DNA of 36,356 nucleotides from a virus: IMG/VR virus record IMGVR_UViG_3300045988_128427; one strand, 5' to 3'. Shown piece by piece: positions 7,106 to 16,619 of this stretch (position 1 is its first letter; each line of letters starts with the position of its first letter). The notes under the pieces were generated by a model. It saw only the letters and a program-made list of their open reading frames with translations, ran no database searches and was not told where the DNA came from. The position numbers and the translations under genes were made by a program.

Positions 7106-8396
7106 GTATATTTTACATGCAACGCATCGCTGGAACATTAAATCCGGAGCAGTTCGTTCCGGAAAGTCTTTTGTTGATACTGCTTATATTGTTCCATTCC
7201 GGATTCGAGAAAGAAAAGGGAAACCGGGATTAAATGCTATCTTAGGAGTGTCTAAAGCATCTATTGAGCGAAATGTATTGCAACCAATGCGTGAGTTGTA
7301 TACCGATAAATTAATTGGGACAATCAACAGTATGAATATTGCGAAGATATGTGGCGAAGATGTGTACTGCCTGGGCGCAGAAAAAGTTAGCCAGGTCGCA
7401 AAGATACAGGGGTCAAGTATTAAGTATTGTTACGGTGATGAGATCGCAAAATGGAATCAGGATGTGTTCCAGATGCTAAAGTCACGATTAGATAAGCAAT
7501 ATTCTTGCTTTGATGGTGCGTGCAATCCGGAGCAACCGACGCATTGGCTGAAAAAATTTATTGATAATCCAGAGTTGGATATTTATCTACAAAAATACAC
7601 TATCTTTGATAATCCGTTTTTGCCTGATGAATATGTTGAACAGCTCTGCAAAGAGTACGAAGGCACGGTCTGGTATGACAGGCTAATATTAGGCTTGTGG
7701 AAGCGTGCAGATGGGGCAATTTACAAGCGTTTTGCAGATAAGCCAGAATTGTTCTACTGCGAGATAAAAGACGAAATAGAGGGCAATACAGAGCACAGAG
7801 AGTTTAAGAAAACAGATATTGTGTCGATTGAAATTGGTCTGGACTTTGGTGGAAATAAATCCGGTCATGCTTTTGTGGCAAGAGGCTACACAGATGATTA
7901 CAGAGAAGTTGTTGGTGTGATGAGCAGGCGCATCATGGTAGACGATTTTCCGGAAGGGATTGACTCAAAGAAACTGACAGAACTTTTTCTGGAATTTGTA
8001 CAGGAAGTTATTGATAAGTATGCGGTAACGGATGGGCGAGGAGAATACATGCAGTACTGCAATGTGGAAACGGTATATTTCGACAATGCGGAATCTGTTC
8101 TGGGCGCATCTATTCGGAATAACGTAGAGACGAGATATCCATGGATATCTGTAAAGCCAGCAAAGAAAAAGGCGATTATTGACCGTATCCGCTGTACACA
8201 GATGCTGATGGGAGCAGGACGGTTCTTCTTAACAGAAGATTGTGAGAGTTTGGAAACAGCTTTTTGTGATGCGGTTTATGATAAAGAATCCTTAGTGGAT
8301 GAACGGCTTGACGATGGCAGTACAGACATTGACAGCTTGGATGCGTTTGAATATACGATTGAACGAGATATGAAGTATCTGATTGATGAGGAATAG
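7080..8396 (+). CDS. terL: terminase large subunit (PBSX/headful-type)
   Basis: Walker A SGAVRSGKS near the N-terminus, a size of 438 aa, a C-terminal nuclease-like acidic region, and its position. Confidence 0.9.
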   Translation: MQLSKKQNEYILHATHRWNIKSGAVRSGKSFVDTAYIVPFRIRERKGKPGLNAILGVSKASIERNVLQPMRELYTDKLIGTINSMNIAKICGEDVYCLGAEKVSQVAKIQGSSIKYCYGDEIAKWNQDVFQMLKSRLDKQYSCFDGACNPEQPTHWLKKFIDNPELDIYLQKYTIFDNPFLPDEYVEQLCKEYEGTVWYDRLILGLWKRADGAIYKRFADKPELFYCEIKDEIEGNTEHREFKKTDIVSIEIGLDFGGNKSGHAFVARGYTDDYREVVGVMSRRIMVDDFPEGIDSKKLTELFLEFVQEVIDKYAVTDGRGEYMQYCNVETVYFDNAESVLGASIRNNVETRYPWISVKPAKKKAIIDRIRCTQMLMGAGRFFLTEDCESLETAFCDAVYDKESLVDERLDDGSTDIDSLDAFEYTIERDMKYLIDEE

Positions 8397-8399
8397 AAA

Positions 8400-9758
8400 A
8401 TGTTTGATGGAATTAAGAATTTTCTGAGGAGGATAGCGAGAATGTTTGGCTATACGCAATTAAAAGGTATACTTGGTACGGATGTGGCATTATCGCAGGG
8501 AATGATTGATGCCATCAACGAATGGAAGTTAATGCTCGATGGAGCAGCAGGTTGGACTGGTAGCGATGTGCAGTCGCTTAAGATAGAGCAAGGTATCTGT
8601 CGTGAATTTGCAGATACCGTATTGGCTGAGATGGAAACATCTATTTCCGTGCTGGCACTGGACAAGATATATAAAAAACAGCTTACACTTTTAAATGAGC
8701 ACTTGCAGGATGGTCTTGCATTGGGTTCTTTCTGCTTGAAACCGTTGCCGGGAGGATTGGCAGAGTTTATTACTGCGGATAAGTTTATACCGATTCAGTT
8801 TGGAGATAATGGAAGACCAACTGATGTTGCGTTTCTTACGGTAAAACGTATCGGTGAGATTGATTATTATACGAGAGTAGAACGGCATACCATTGCAAAT
8901 GGAGTGCTTACGATTTCAAACAGGTGTTATCATTCGCAGACACAGGCTGACATTGGACAGGAATGTTCTCTTGAAGAAGTGGGAGAGTGGCAGAACATAG
9001 AAGCCGGTCCGGTCAGTTATCCAGGAATGGAACAATTGGATTTTGGATATTACAGGAATCCGCTTCGTAACAATGTAGATGCCAGTTATTGTGGGGTATC
9101 AGTATACGAATCTGCAAAAGAGCGGATTATGAAAGCGGACGTTCAGGCAGCACGTCTTGACTGGGAATACAATTCCGGAGAACGTGCGATTCACGTGGAT
9201 GAGAGAGCGTTAAAGCAAAAAGGTGGACGTTTCAACTTGCCACGCTTAAGTAAGCGGTTGTACAGGGGATTAAATTTAGAAGCCGGAAAAGACAGCGAAC
9301 TATTTAAAGAGTATTCTCCAGAAATGCGTGACGAAGCGTTTAAACGTGGCTTAGAGGAATATAAACGAGAAATTGAATTTATTGTAGGTTTAAGCTATGG
9401 AGACCTCTCAAACGTGCAGGATGTTGAAAAAACAGCGGAAGAAATCAAGTCATCAAAGGTGAGAAAGTATAATCGTGTAAAAGCAATACAGGGAAAACTT
9501 CGGGACTGTCTGGAAGATTTTGCGGCAGGACTGGCATTTTATAATTCTATGTACACTTCCGGTTATGAGTTCTTCTGTGAATTCGGTGATTCCATTTTAA
9601 CCAGTGAAGAGACAGAACGACAGCAGGATAGACAGGATGTGAACATGGGTGCAATGACCTTAGTAGAGTACCGTGCAAAGTGGTACGGTGAAACAGAGGA
9701 AGAAGCCGCAAAGAAGATTATTGATGAAAGTGTAGACCCTGACCCGATTGAGGAGTAA
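8400..9758 (+). CDS. portal protein
   Basis: 452-aa ORF directly after TerL and before the MuF-like gene. It has an acidic C-terminus. The call rests on order and size. Confidence 0.8.
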   Translation: MFDGIKNFLRRIARMFGYTQLKGILGTDVALSQGMIDAINEWKLMLDGAAGWTGSDVQSLKIEQGICREFADTVLAEMETSISVLALDKIYKKQLTLLNEHLQDGLALGSFCLKPLPGGLAEFITADKFIPIQFGDNGRPTDVAFLTVKRIGEIDYYTRVERHTIANGVLTISNRCYHSQTQADIGQECSLEEVGEWQNIEAGPVSYPGMEQLDFGYYRNPLRNNVDASYCGVSVYESAKERIMKADVQAARLDWEYNSGERAIHVDERALKQKGGRFNLPRLSKRLYRGLNLEAGKDSELFKEYSPEMRDEAFKRGLEEYKREIEFIVGLSYGDLSNVQDVEKTAEEIKSSKVRKYNRVKAIQGKLRDCLEDFAAGLAFYNSMYTSGYEFFCEFGDSILTSEETERQQDRQDVNMGAMTLVEYRAKWYGETEEEAAKKIIDESVDPDPIEE

Positions 9759-9764
9759 GCATTT

Positions 9765-11612
9765 ATGATGACACCAGATGAAAAAGGAACACTGCCACTT
9801 CGGACGGAAAAACTTTTTTATGATTTGCAGAACCGTATTTATGCGGACATTGTAAGAAGAATCAAAAAGACTGGTGAAATTACGAGTACGGCAGATTATC
9901 AGATAAATAAACTCCTATTGCTTGGAAATAGTACAGAGTTCATAGAAAAGGAATTGAAAGATCTTTTAAATGCTTCTTATCCAGAAATCTGGGCTTTGTA
10001 CGATAAAGTCTGTGACTGGGAATATGTCCGTAATAAAGACGCTTATGAGCAGATAAATGGCAATTTTGTACCACTGGAAGAAAATAAGACGGTCAGACGG
10101 TGGGCGGAAGCAATTGCAAAGCAGACGCAGGGTGAGATAAAGAATCTTACACGGTCGATGGGATTTACCGTACAAACCCGTGGCAAGAAAGTATTCACAC
10201 CACTGGCAACGTATTACCAGAAGTATTTAGATTCTGCCTGTATGGATATTGTAACAGGTTCGTTTGATTATAATACTGTTTTAAGAAGAGTCGTAAAAGA
10301 AATGACGGCATCCGGGCTACAAACAGTAGATTATGCGTCCGGATGGAGAAACCGTGCACCTGTGGCGGTAAGACGAGCCATTATGACAGGTGTTTCACAG
10401 TTGAGCAGTAAAATCAACGAGATGGTTGCAAAAGACCTGAAAACAGACAAATACGAAGTGACGTGGCATGGTGGACACCGACCGGAACACTGGTGGGGCG
10501 GTAAAGTTTACAGTTATGATGACCTTGTGAGAGTGTGCGAACTTGGAGAGGGAAGAGGTCTGTGTGGATGGAATTGCAAACATAGTTACTATGCCTTTGT
10601 TGATGGATTTTCGACGAGAACTTATACAGATGAGCAGTTAGAAGAGTTAGAAACAAAAGAGCAGGAACAGCATGAATACAAAGGCAAAAGTTACAATGCA
10701 TATCAAGCTTCACAGGCTCAACGGCAGATGGAAACGACTATGCGAGCACAGAGAGCGAATATCAAGAATCTGAAACAGGGAAATGCAGACTCGGATACCG
10801 TGATAGCAGCACAAGCAAGATATCTTAATACATTAAGTCAGTATAAAGACTTTTCGAAGAAAATGAAACTTCCGGAGCAGATGGAACGAGTGTACATGGA
10901 TGGACTGGGGCGAGTTGTTACTGATAATAAAATCAAAGGCATGTTTCCACAGAAAATGGTGGATAATATGCAGAAAGATTTGAACCAGTACAAGCGATAT
11001 AAAGAAGTGCTTGGAGAATCCGCTGGAACACTTGCGAACTTCGGGAAGATGAAATATAATGATAGTAAGAAATGGGGTGAATTGAATCACAGATATTCAG
11101 TTGTAAAACTTTACGATGTTGATTCAGGTAAAATGCCACGTGAGAAGATTTTTGAACTCGACCAGAAAGCGTTTCAGACAAAGACACAGCTGTTTACTGG
11201 AAATGCAAAAAGAAAAGGCAATATCGCCGTTATGGAATTGGATGGAAATATCAAGGTTGGAAATAGTCAAGTGCAAACTATAGATGACCCGAATTATATC
11301 AATTTCAAAGGAGATAAAGAGTCACTAGTATTGAAAACGAAAGTGCCGGAGTTTAAAACACTTTTTATCGGAACACATAATAGAGATGTGGATAGTGAAG
11401 CGAAACTTTTTGAATATGCAGCATCCATTTGCAAGGATGGAAAAGAACACGTATTAAATTTACTATCAGAACGTTGTATGTGCGAAAGCTGTCGAGGAGT
11501 TATGCAACAGTTTAAGAAAAAATATCCAAATGTTCAGGTTAATGCGGTATCAAATGCAAAGAAACAGGCAGAAAAAAATAAAAATAAGCCATGGACAGGA
11601 AGAAAGAGGTAG
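9765..11612 (+). CDS. MuF / SPP1 gp7-like head morphogenesis protein fused to a C-terminal deaminase-like toxin domain
   Basis: MuF-type core (WHGGHRPEHWWGGKVYSY...GLCGWNCKHSYYAF), a long charged linker, then a C-terminal domain with D543-S-E545 and C573-E-S-C576, 28 residues apart. Confidence 0.8.
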   Translation: MMTPDEKGTLPLRTEKLFYDLQNRIYADIVRRIKKTGEITSTADYQINKLLLLGNSTEFIEKELKDLLNASYPEIWALYDKVCDWEYVRNKDAYEQINGNFVPLEENKTVRRWAEAIAKQTQGEIKNLTRSMGFTVQTRGKKVFTPLATYYQKYLDSACMDIVTGSFDYNTVLRRVVKEMTASGLQTVDYASGWRNRAPVAVRRAIMTGVSQLSSKINEMVAKDLKTDKYEVTWHGGHRPEHWWGGKVYSYDDLVRVCELGEGRGLCGWNCKHSYYAFVDGFSTRTYTDEQLEELETKEQEQHEYKGKSYNAYQASQAQRQMETTMRAQRANIKNLKQGNADSDTVIAAQARYLNTLSQYKDFSKKMKLPEQMERVYMDGLGRVVTDNKIKGMFPQKMVDNMQKDLNQYKRYKEVLGESAGTLANFGKMKYNDSKKWGELNHRYSVVKLYDVDSGKMPREKIFELDQKAFQTKTQLFTGNAKRKGNIAVMELDGNIKVGNSQVQTIDDPNYINFKGDKESLVLKTKVPEFKTLFIGTHNRDVDSEAKLFEYAASICKDGKEHVLNLLSERCMCESCRGVMQQFKKKYPNVQVNAVSNAKKQAEKNKNKPWTGRKR

Positions 11613-11615
11613 AGT

Positions 11616-11972
11616 ATGAGAGCAGACGATGACCTTACATATCAGGAATATAAAGATAGTGTAGAATCTAATATGAGCTTAATAAAGCATTCTGGATGGA
11701 CACCGAGGCAGGTTACTGACTGGATGACAGAGGAAGATAATGAATTACTTGTCGGAACATCAGAAGCACTCTGGATTATTTCAATCGGTGCTTATGAGGT
11801 GGAGCATGATATTTTGGAAGAACGAGTATTAGAGCAGTTGTCTTATCATATTCCACGTTACGAGATGGGAAAATATAACGATATTACACCAGAAGAAAGA
11901 GAACTTTTAGAAAAGGATATTACATATATTCGTTCTAAAGTGGAACTTTGGAAGTTAAAAGACTATGATTAA
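11616..11972 (+). CDS. small acidic protein, candidate cognate immunity protein
   Basis: 118-aa ORF starting 4 nt after the toxin-fusion stop and followed by a strong terminator. It is not a standard head-module gene. The function is inferred from position only. Confidence 0.55.
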   Translation: MRADDDLTYQEYKDSVESNMSLIKHSGWTPRQVTDWMTEEDNELLVGTSEALWIISIGAYEVEHDILEERVLEQLSYHIPRYEMGKYNDITPEERELLEKDITYIRSKVELWKLKDYD

Positions 11973-11993
11973 CTGAGATTACGAGGTGTATTA

Positions 11994-12024
11994 CCACTAA
12001 CCGATACAGGTTGGTGGTTTTTTT
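11994..12024 (+). terminator. rho-independent terminator
   Basis: Stem ccactaacc / ggttggtgg with a 6-nt loop, followed by ttttttt. Confidence 0.75.
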
Positions 12025-12112
12025 ATGCCTTTTTTCGGCAGGCATTAAAGAACCGGATATATCCCATACCGCTGAAAGAGCGGTCAATAAATGATTTCAG
12101 GAGGAATGTAGC

Positions 12113-12676
12113 ATGAAAAATATCTATGAGATTCTTAAAGAATTTGGACTTGAACTTCCGGCAGAGAAAAAAGCAGACTTTGAAAAAGCATGGAAAGAAA
12201 ATTATCGTACCAAAGCAGAGTACGATAATGCAGTTACAAAGAGAGATGAGTATAAATCCTCTCTTGATACGGTAAATGAAAGGCTGAAAGAATTTGATGG
12301 AGTGGACGTAAAGGACTTACAGAGCCAGATTACAAAGCTTCAGGGTGATTTACAGGCAAAAGACACAGAATATGCCAAGAAAGAAGCAGAACGTCAGTTT
12401 ACAGGACAATTAAGTGCCGCAATCAAGAAAGCCGGAGGCAGAAACGAAAAGGCGGTTATGGCAATGCTTGACATGGAAACACTCAAAGCATCGAAGAACC
12501 AGTCCGCTGACATTGAGGCTGCAATTGGAGCAGTGAAAGAGTCTGATTCTTATCTATTTGGTTCAGATGAACCATTTAAGAATCCAGTAGGTTCAACCGG
12601 AGGAAATGGTGGCAGTGGCGGAACAGATGGAGTGTCTGCGCTTCGAGCTGCTATGGGACTTCCGGAAAACAAATAA
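12113..12676 (+). CDS. scaffolding protein (GP20-like)
   Basis: MKNIYEILKEFGLELPAEKKADFEKAWKENYRTKAEYD start, a coiled-coil body, a Gly-rich tail, and a position directly upstream of the capsid gene. Confidence 0.7.
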   Translation: MKNIYEILKEFGLELPAEKKADFEKAWKENYRTKAEYDNAVTKRDEYKSSLDTVNERLKEFDGVDVKDLQSQITKLQGDLQAKDTEYAKKEAERQFTGQLSAAIKKAGGRNEKAVMAMLDMETLKASKNQSADIEAAIGAVKESDSYLFGSDEPFKNPVGSTGGNGGSGGTDGVSALRAAMGLPENK

Positions 12677-12687
12677 GGAGAAATTGA

Positions 12688-13551
12688 ATGCCAAACACAC
12701 TTGAATTAAGAAAACAGTACTCAACCCTTTTGGATGAGGTCTACAAGTTATCCTCTTTAACAGCTGTGCTGGATGGAGCAAACAACCTGGTAAAAGAGGG
12801 TGCAAATGCAAATGAAATTTTGATTCCGAAAATGACCATGCAGGGTCTTGCAGATTATTCAAAAACAAACGGATATGCAGCAGGAGATGTTACATTAGAC
12901 TATGAAACTAAGAAATGTACTTATGACCGTGGTAGAAAGTTTGTTGTAGATGCAATGGACAATATTGATACAGCGAGTATCGCATTTGGTAAATTATCCG
13001 GTGAATTTCTTAGAACACAGGTTGTTCCGGAGCTGGATGCTTTTCGCCTGTCTGCTTACGCACAGACGAAAAATGTAACAACAGTAAGCGCAGACATTGC
13101 AGATGGAAAGGCAGGACTTGCAGCACTTCGTGAAGCAAGAAATCATATTGAAAATGCAGAGGCAAATCTTGCAACTTGTTATTTGTTCATTAATCCGGCA
13201 CTTTATGGAATGATTGATGACTTAGATACAACTGCATCCAGAAAGGCACTGGAGGGATTTGCAGGAATCGTAAAAGTACCATCAGGAAGGTTCTTCAATA
13301 AAGTAAAACTGACTGCTTCCGGAGCAGGTGGCTTTACAAAAGATACCGGTGCACTTGCAATGAACTTTATCGTAATTGATAAACAGGCAGTCATTCAGTA
13401 TCAGAAGCACACTGTTTCCAAAATTTTCACACCGGAGCAGAACATGAATGCAGATGCATGGCAGTTTAATTACAGAACCGTCGGCATCGCAGAAACTTAT
13501 GACAACAAAGTAGACGGTATTTATGTACATACAGTAAAAACCGCCGGTTGA
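12688..13551 (+). CDS. major capsid protein
   Basis: 287-aa ORF after the scaffold gene with a strong RBS (aaggag). The call rests on order and size. Confidence 0.8.
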   Translation: MPNTLELRKQYSTLLDEVYKLSSLTAVLDGANNLVKEGANANEILIPKMTMQGLADYSKTNGYAAGDVTLDYETKKCTYDRGRKFVVDAMDNIDTASIAFGKLSGEFLRTQVVPELDAFRLSAYAQTKNVTTVSADIADGKAGLAALREARNHIENAEANLATCYLFINPALYGMIDDLDTTASRKALEGFAGIVKVPSGRFFNKVKLTASGAGGFTKDTGALAMNFIVIDKQAVIQYQKHTVSKIFTPEQNMNADAWQFNYRTVGIAETYDNKVDGIYVHTVKTAG

Positions 13552-13557
13552 TAAGGT

Positions 13558-13920
13558 ATGAGAGTAGATTATAATTTCTATGTTGAAAGTTTTGGAGGAA
13601 GTCAGGTACAAGAAAGCACTTGGCTTTCTTTAGAATTAAAAGCGGAAAAACGTCTGGAACATTTCAGTTTTGGAAGAACAGCATGTGATTGGTCAGAAAA
13701 AGACTGGGAACAAAATGCAAAGTATGCAATCTGTGAAATGACTGAAGCAATGCAAAAGAGAGAAGCAAGAGGAAATATTTCATCGGAAAACAACGATGGA
13801 TATTCCGTCAGCTATCAGACAGAACAGACAGAGGAAGAATTTGAAAGCCGTTTGTATCAGATTGCAAGCACTTATCTAATGTCAAGTGGTCTATTATACA
13901 TGGGAGTGGATGAGGAATGA
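13558..13920 (+). CDS. head-tail connector / DNA-packaging adaptor (putative)
   Basis: 120-aa ORF, first gene after the capsid gene. Positional call. Confidence 0.5.
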   Translation: MRVDYNFYVESFGGSQVQESTWLSLELKAEKRLEHFSFGRTACDWSEKDWEQNAKYAICEMTEAMQKREARGNISSENNDGYSVSYQTEQTEEEFESRLYQIASTYLMSSGLLYMGVDEE

Positions 13921-14318
13921 TTGTAAATGCGGATATTACCCTTTACAACCGAAGATTAGATAAGACAACACGACAGTACATCTATAAACGTACCGTGCTT
14001 TGTGGTGTGCATTGGTACACAGATCAAAAGGTAGCGGTGAGTGATAAAGGCTTAGACAGCGCAGATTCGATAAAGATTCGGATTCCGATGACAGGGAGAA
14101 AAGAAACATTCTTAGAGCCGGAAGAGTATGCGAGAAAAGAAGATGTGACAGGCTTTTTCACTGCTTCAAATGGGGATGTGTTTGTAAAAGGAATCTTAGA
14201 AGATGAGATTGCAAAAGAATCCGATTTAGAGAAGAAAGGCTTGCTGTTTGGAAGAATCTTAAGCCACTCAGACAATCGGAGAGGGTTAGAACCTCATATC
14301 CGGATTGGAGGCGCATAA
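13917..14318 (+). CDS. head closure / neck protein (putative)
   Basis: 133-aa ORF with overlapping start and stop codons to both neighbours. Confidence 0.5.
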   Translation: MIVNADITLYNRRLDKTTRQYIYKRTVLCGVHWYTDQKVAVSDKGLDSADSIKIRIPMTGRKETFLEPEEYARKEDVTGFFTASNGDVFVKGILEDEIAKESDLEKKGLLFGRILSHSDNRRGLEPHIRIGGA

Positions 14319-14668
14319 TGTCAAAGACAAGAGTGCGAGTTGAAATGGACGACGAACAGAAAATCCTGTTAAAACGTTCTTTAAATAAAAATGGAGCAGG
14401 ACAAAAGTTCTTCACTCATGAAGTGAGACGTTTGTGTGTGCCTTATGTTCCGAAATTAAATGGACCACTTGAAAATACAGCTGTAGAATCAACGACCCAT
14501 ATTACTTACGGTCAGCCTTATGCAAGACGTCAGTACTATGAAAATTCCGGAAAGAATCGGAGCAGAGCACCACTTGCCGGTAAAGAGTGGGATAAGCGAA
14601 TGTGGGCGGATAGGGGAAGTGAAATCGTAGAATCTACAGCGAGATTTTGTGGAGGCAAAAGAGGATGA
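14318..14668 (+). CDS. neck / tail-completion protein (putative)
   Basis: 116-aa ORF with RBS ggaggc. Positional call. Confidence 0.5.
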   Translation: MSKTRVRVEMDDEQKILLKRSLNKNGAGQKFFTHEVRRLCVPYVPKLNGPLENTAVESTTHITYGQPYARRQYYENSGKNRSRAPLAGKEWDKRMWADRGSEIVESTARFCGGKRG

Positions 14669-15099
14669 GTGTAATTAGTGCTATCCGAGATTTCATTGCA
14701 ACGTGTCCATATCTGGATGAGTTTGAAGAGACATTTTCAAAGGTAGATATTGATTTCTTAGAAGAAAAGCCTGCGAATTATATGATTGAAGCAGTACCAG
14801 CAGAGCCAATTGTGAAGCGGTACACAAATGGAGACAGTGTAAGACGTGTTGCGTTTCATTTTTGTAGCAGGGTATTCTGGGGAGATATGGAAAATATTGA
14901 TACCTCAGAATTTTATGAACATTTTCAAGAGTGGTTAGAAGATTGCACAAGAAACAGAGAGTTTCCAATACTCGACAGCATGAAAGAAGCCCGCTCTATT
15001 CGTGCTACTACAAACGGTTATATGGTAGATGCAGAAGCAAAAACGGCACGGTATGCAATACAGTGTGAATTTACTTATTTTCAGAAAAGGAGACAGTAA
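14665..15099 (+). CDS. tail terminator / neck protein (putative)
   Basis: ATG at 14665 forms an ATGA overlap with the upstream stop and follows ggaggcaaaagagg. The track start at 14647 is less likely. Confidence 0.5.
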   Translation: MSVISAIRDFIATCPYLDEFEETFSKVDIDFLEEKPANYMIEAVPAEPIVKRYTNGDSVRRVAFHFCSRVFWGDMENIDTSEFYEHFQEWLEDCTRNREFPILDSMKEARSIRATTNGYMVDAEAKTARYAIQCEFTYFQKRRQ

Positions 15100-15104
15100 T
15101 AAAT

Positions 15105-15587
15105 ATGGCAGTAAAACAGAGATATCAGGAAGCAGATTATTTAAATGTAGGTGCAGGAACAGAACAGTATGTTTTTATGGGGACCGGCTTTACAAAGATT
15201 GATGATAGCCCATCCGCACAGACAACATCAAAGCGTTATGTAAATAATAAATCTACAACAAAATCAATTGGCTCTTACGATTGGTCGGCTCCTTTTGAAA
15301 TGGATATGATTGAGTCAGAAGAAGCTGTGAAGCACATTGTAGACATTGGAAGAAAAGAAAAAACAGGACAGGATGCAGAAGCAGACTATGTACGTGTAGA
15401 TTTGGCAGGTACAAAAACTGTAAATGGTTATCCGGCGAGAAAAAGAAAAGTAGCAATCGAGGTGGCAGAGTTTACAGATAACGATGGAGAAATTACAGGT
15501 TCCGGAAACTTACTTGGAAAAGGTGATTGGGAATTTGGCTTTTTTGACACTGAGAAAAAAACATTTAAAACAGAGGTGGGGGAGTAA
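15105..15587 (+). CDS. major tail protein (putative)
   Basis: 160-aa ORF with a good RBS. It is followed by a hairpin-containing gap and then the chaperone and tape measure genes. Confidence 0.6.
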   Translation: MAVKQRYQEADYLNVGAGTEQYVFMGTGFTKIDDSPSAQTTSKRYVNNKSTTKSIGSYDWSAPFEMDMIESEEAVKHIVDIGRKEKTGQDAEADYVRVDLAGTKTVNGYPARKRKVAIEVAEFTDNDGEITGSGNLLGKGDWEFGFFDTEKKTFKTEVGE

Positions 15588-15674
15588 AATCCCTCTCTTC
15601 TAATAAGTTAACAAAGGTAGTAAAAAGAGAGGTAGTAAAGAATACTTCCGAATTGAAACAGGAGGAAAAGGTAA

Positions 15675-16001
15675 ATGGAGATTAATGGGCTTACATTGAA
15701 TCTGAATGTGTTTGAAGCAAATCAGGCACAGAAACTAATAGACAGTTATGAAAGTGTTGCAAACGAAGCAGAAAGAGCACAAGGAAAGAGTTTACCAGAA
15801 CAGATTAATATCCAGTGCGAAGCTATTAAAGCGGCATTTGACTATATTTTCGGAGAAGGTGTTGGAACAGCTGTGTGCGGATATGAAAATGATTTATTAA
15901 AATGTATTGATGCTTACACTGCACTTTGCGAAGAAAAAGGAAAACAGGAGCAGGTGATGAATGAGAAAACGAATCATCTGTTAGCACTGTATTCGGAATA
16001 A
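15675..16001 (+). CDS. tail assembly chaperone (putative)
   Basis: 108-aa acidic ORF between the major tail and tape measure genes. Confidence 0.5.
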   Translation: MEINGLTLNLNVFEANQAQKLIDSYESVANEAERAQGKSLPEQINIQCEAIKAAFDYIFGEGVGTAVCGYENDLLKCIDAYTALCEEKGKQEQVMNEKTNHLLALYSE

Positions 16002-16004
16002 AAT

Positions 16005-16607
16005 ATGAGTTTTTTGACAGAAAAACCGCCAGAAAATTTAGAAGTAAATGGTGAAAAATATCCAATCAATACAGACTTTCGTACTGTTTTACGCTATATG
16101 GAAGTGGTAGAAGATGCGGATGAAACGTTAGCAGACATAGAAAGATGCTTACAGATTTTGTATAAAATACCACCACCTCAAAATGATATTGCAGAAGCTG
16201 CAAAGCAGGCAACTTGGTTTGTGAAGTGTGGAAAGAAAGAGAAAAAAGGTAAGCCATCAAAGAAAATACTTGGAATTAACAGTAATGAAGCACTGAATTT
16301 CAAGGAAGATGCCTGGCTAATTTACTCTGCTTTCCGCAGAAACGATGTGTATGGCATTGATTTACATACCATTCAATATTTACACTGGTGGGAATTTATT
16401 GCGATGCTGGATGATATTCCGGAAACTGTATCATTGCATCGGATTATGCAGTATCGGATTATTGATACGACAAATAAGAGTCTGTCAAAGGAGCAGGTTG
16501 CTTTTTATAAGGCAATGCAGAGGTATTATAAGATTCAACAGGTAGAGGAAAATGAAGAGTTGATTAAAGCCTTAAAAGAGGGCAGAGACCCCTCACCTTA
16601 TCTTTAA
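16005..16607 (+). CDS. Gp15-family tail assembly protein
   Basis: MSFLTEKPPENLEVNGEKYPINTDFRTVLRYMEVVED resembles the bacteriophage Gp15 family N-terminus. It lies directly upstream of the tape measure gene. Confidence 0.6.
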   Translation: MSFLTEKPPENLEVNGEKYPINTDFRTVLRYMEVVEDADETLADIERCLQILYKIPPPQNDIAEAAKQATWFVKCGKKEKKGKPSKKILGINSNEALNFKEDAWLIYSAFRRNDVYGIDLHTIQYLHWWEFIAMLDDIPETVSLHRIMQYRIIDTTNKSLSKEQVAFYKAMQRYYKIQQVEENEELIKALKEGRDPSPYL

Positions 16608-16619
16608 GGAGGTGGGAAG

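Noticed and set aside
15675-16607. I looked for the canonical -1 programmed frameshift (G/GT) between the two tail chaperone ORFs.
   Set aside because: - The two ORFs are in the same frame, separated by TAA plus one codon, so a -1 shift cannot join them.
- I could not place a convincing in-phase X_XXY_YYZ slippery heptamer.
- The second ORF has its own ATG.
- TAA read-through is conceivable but unsupported.
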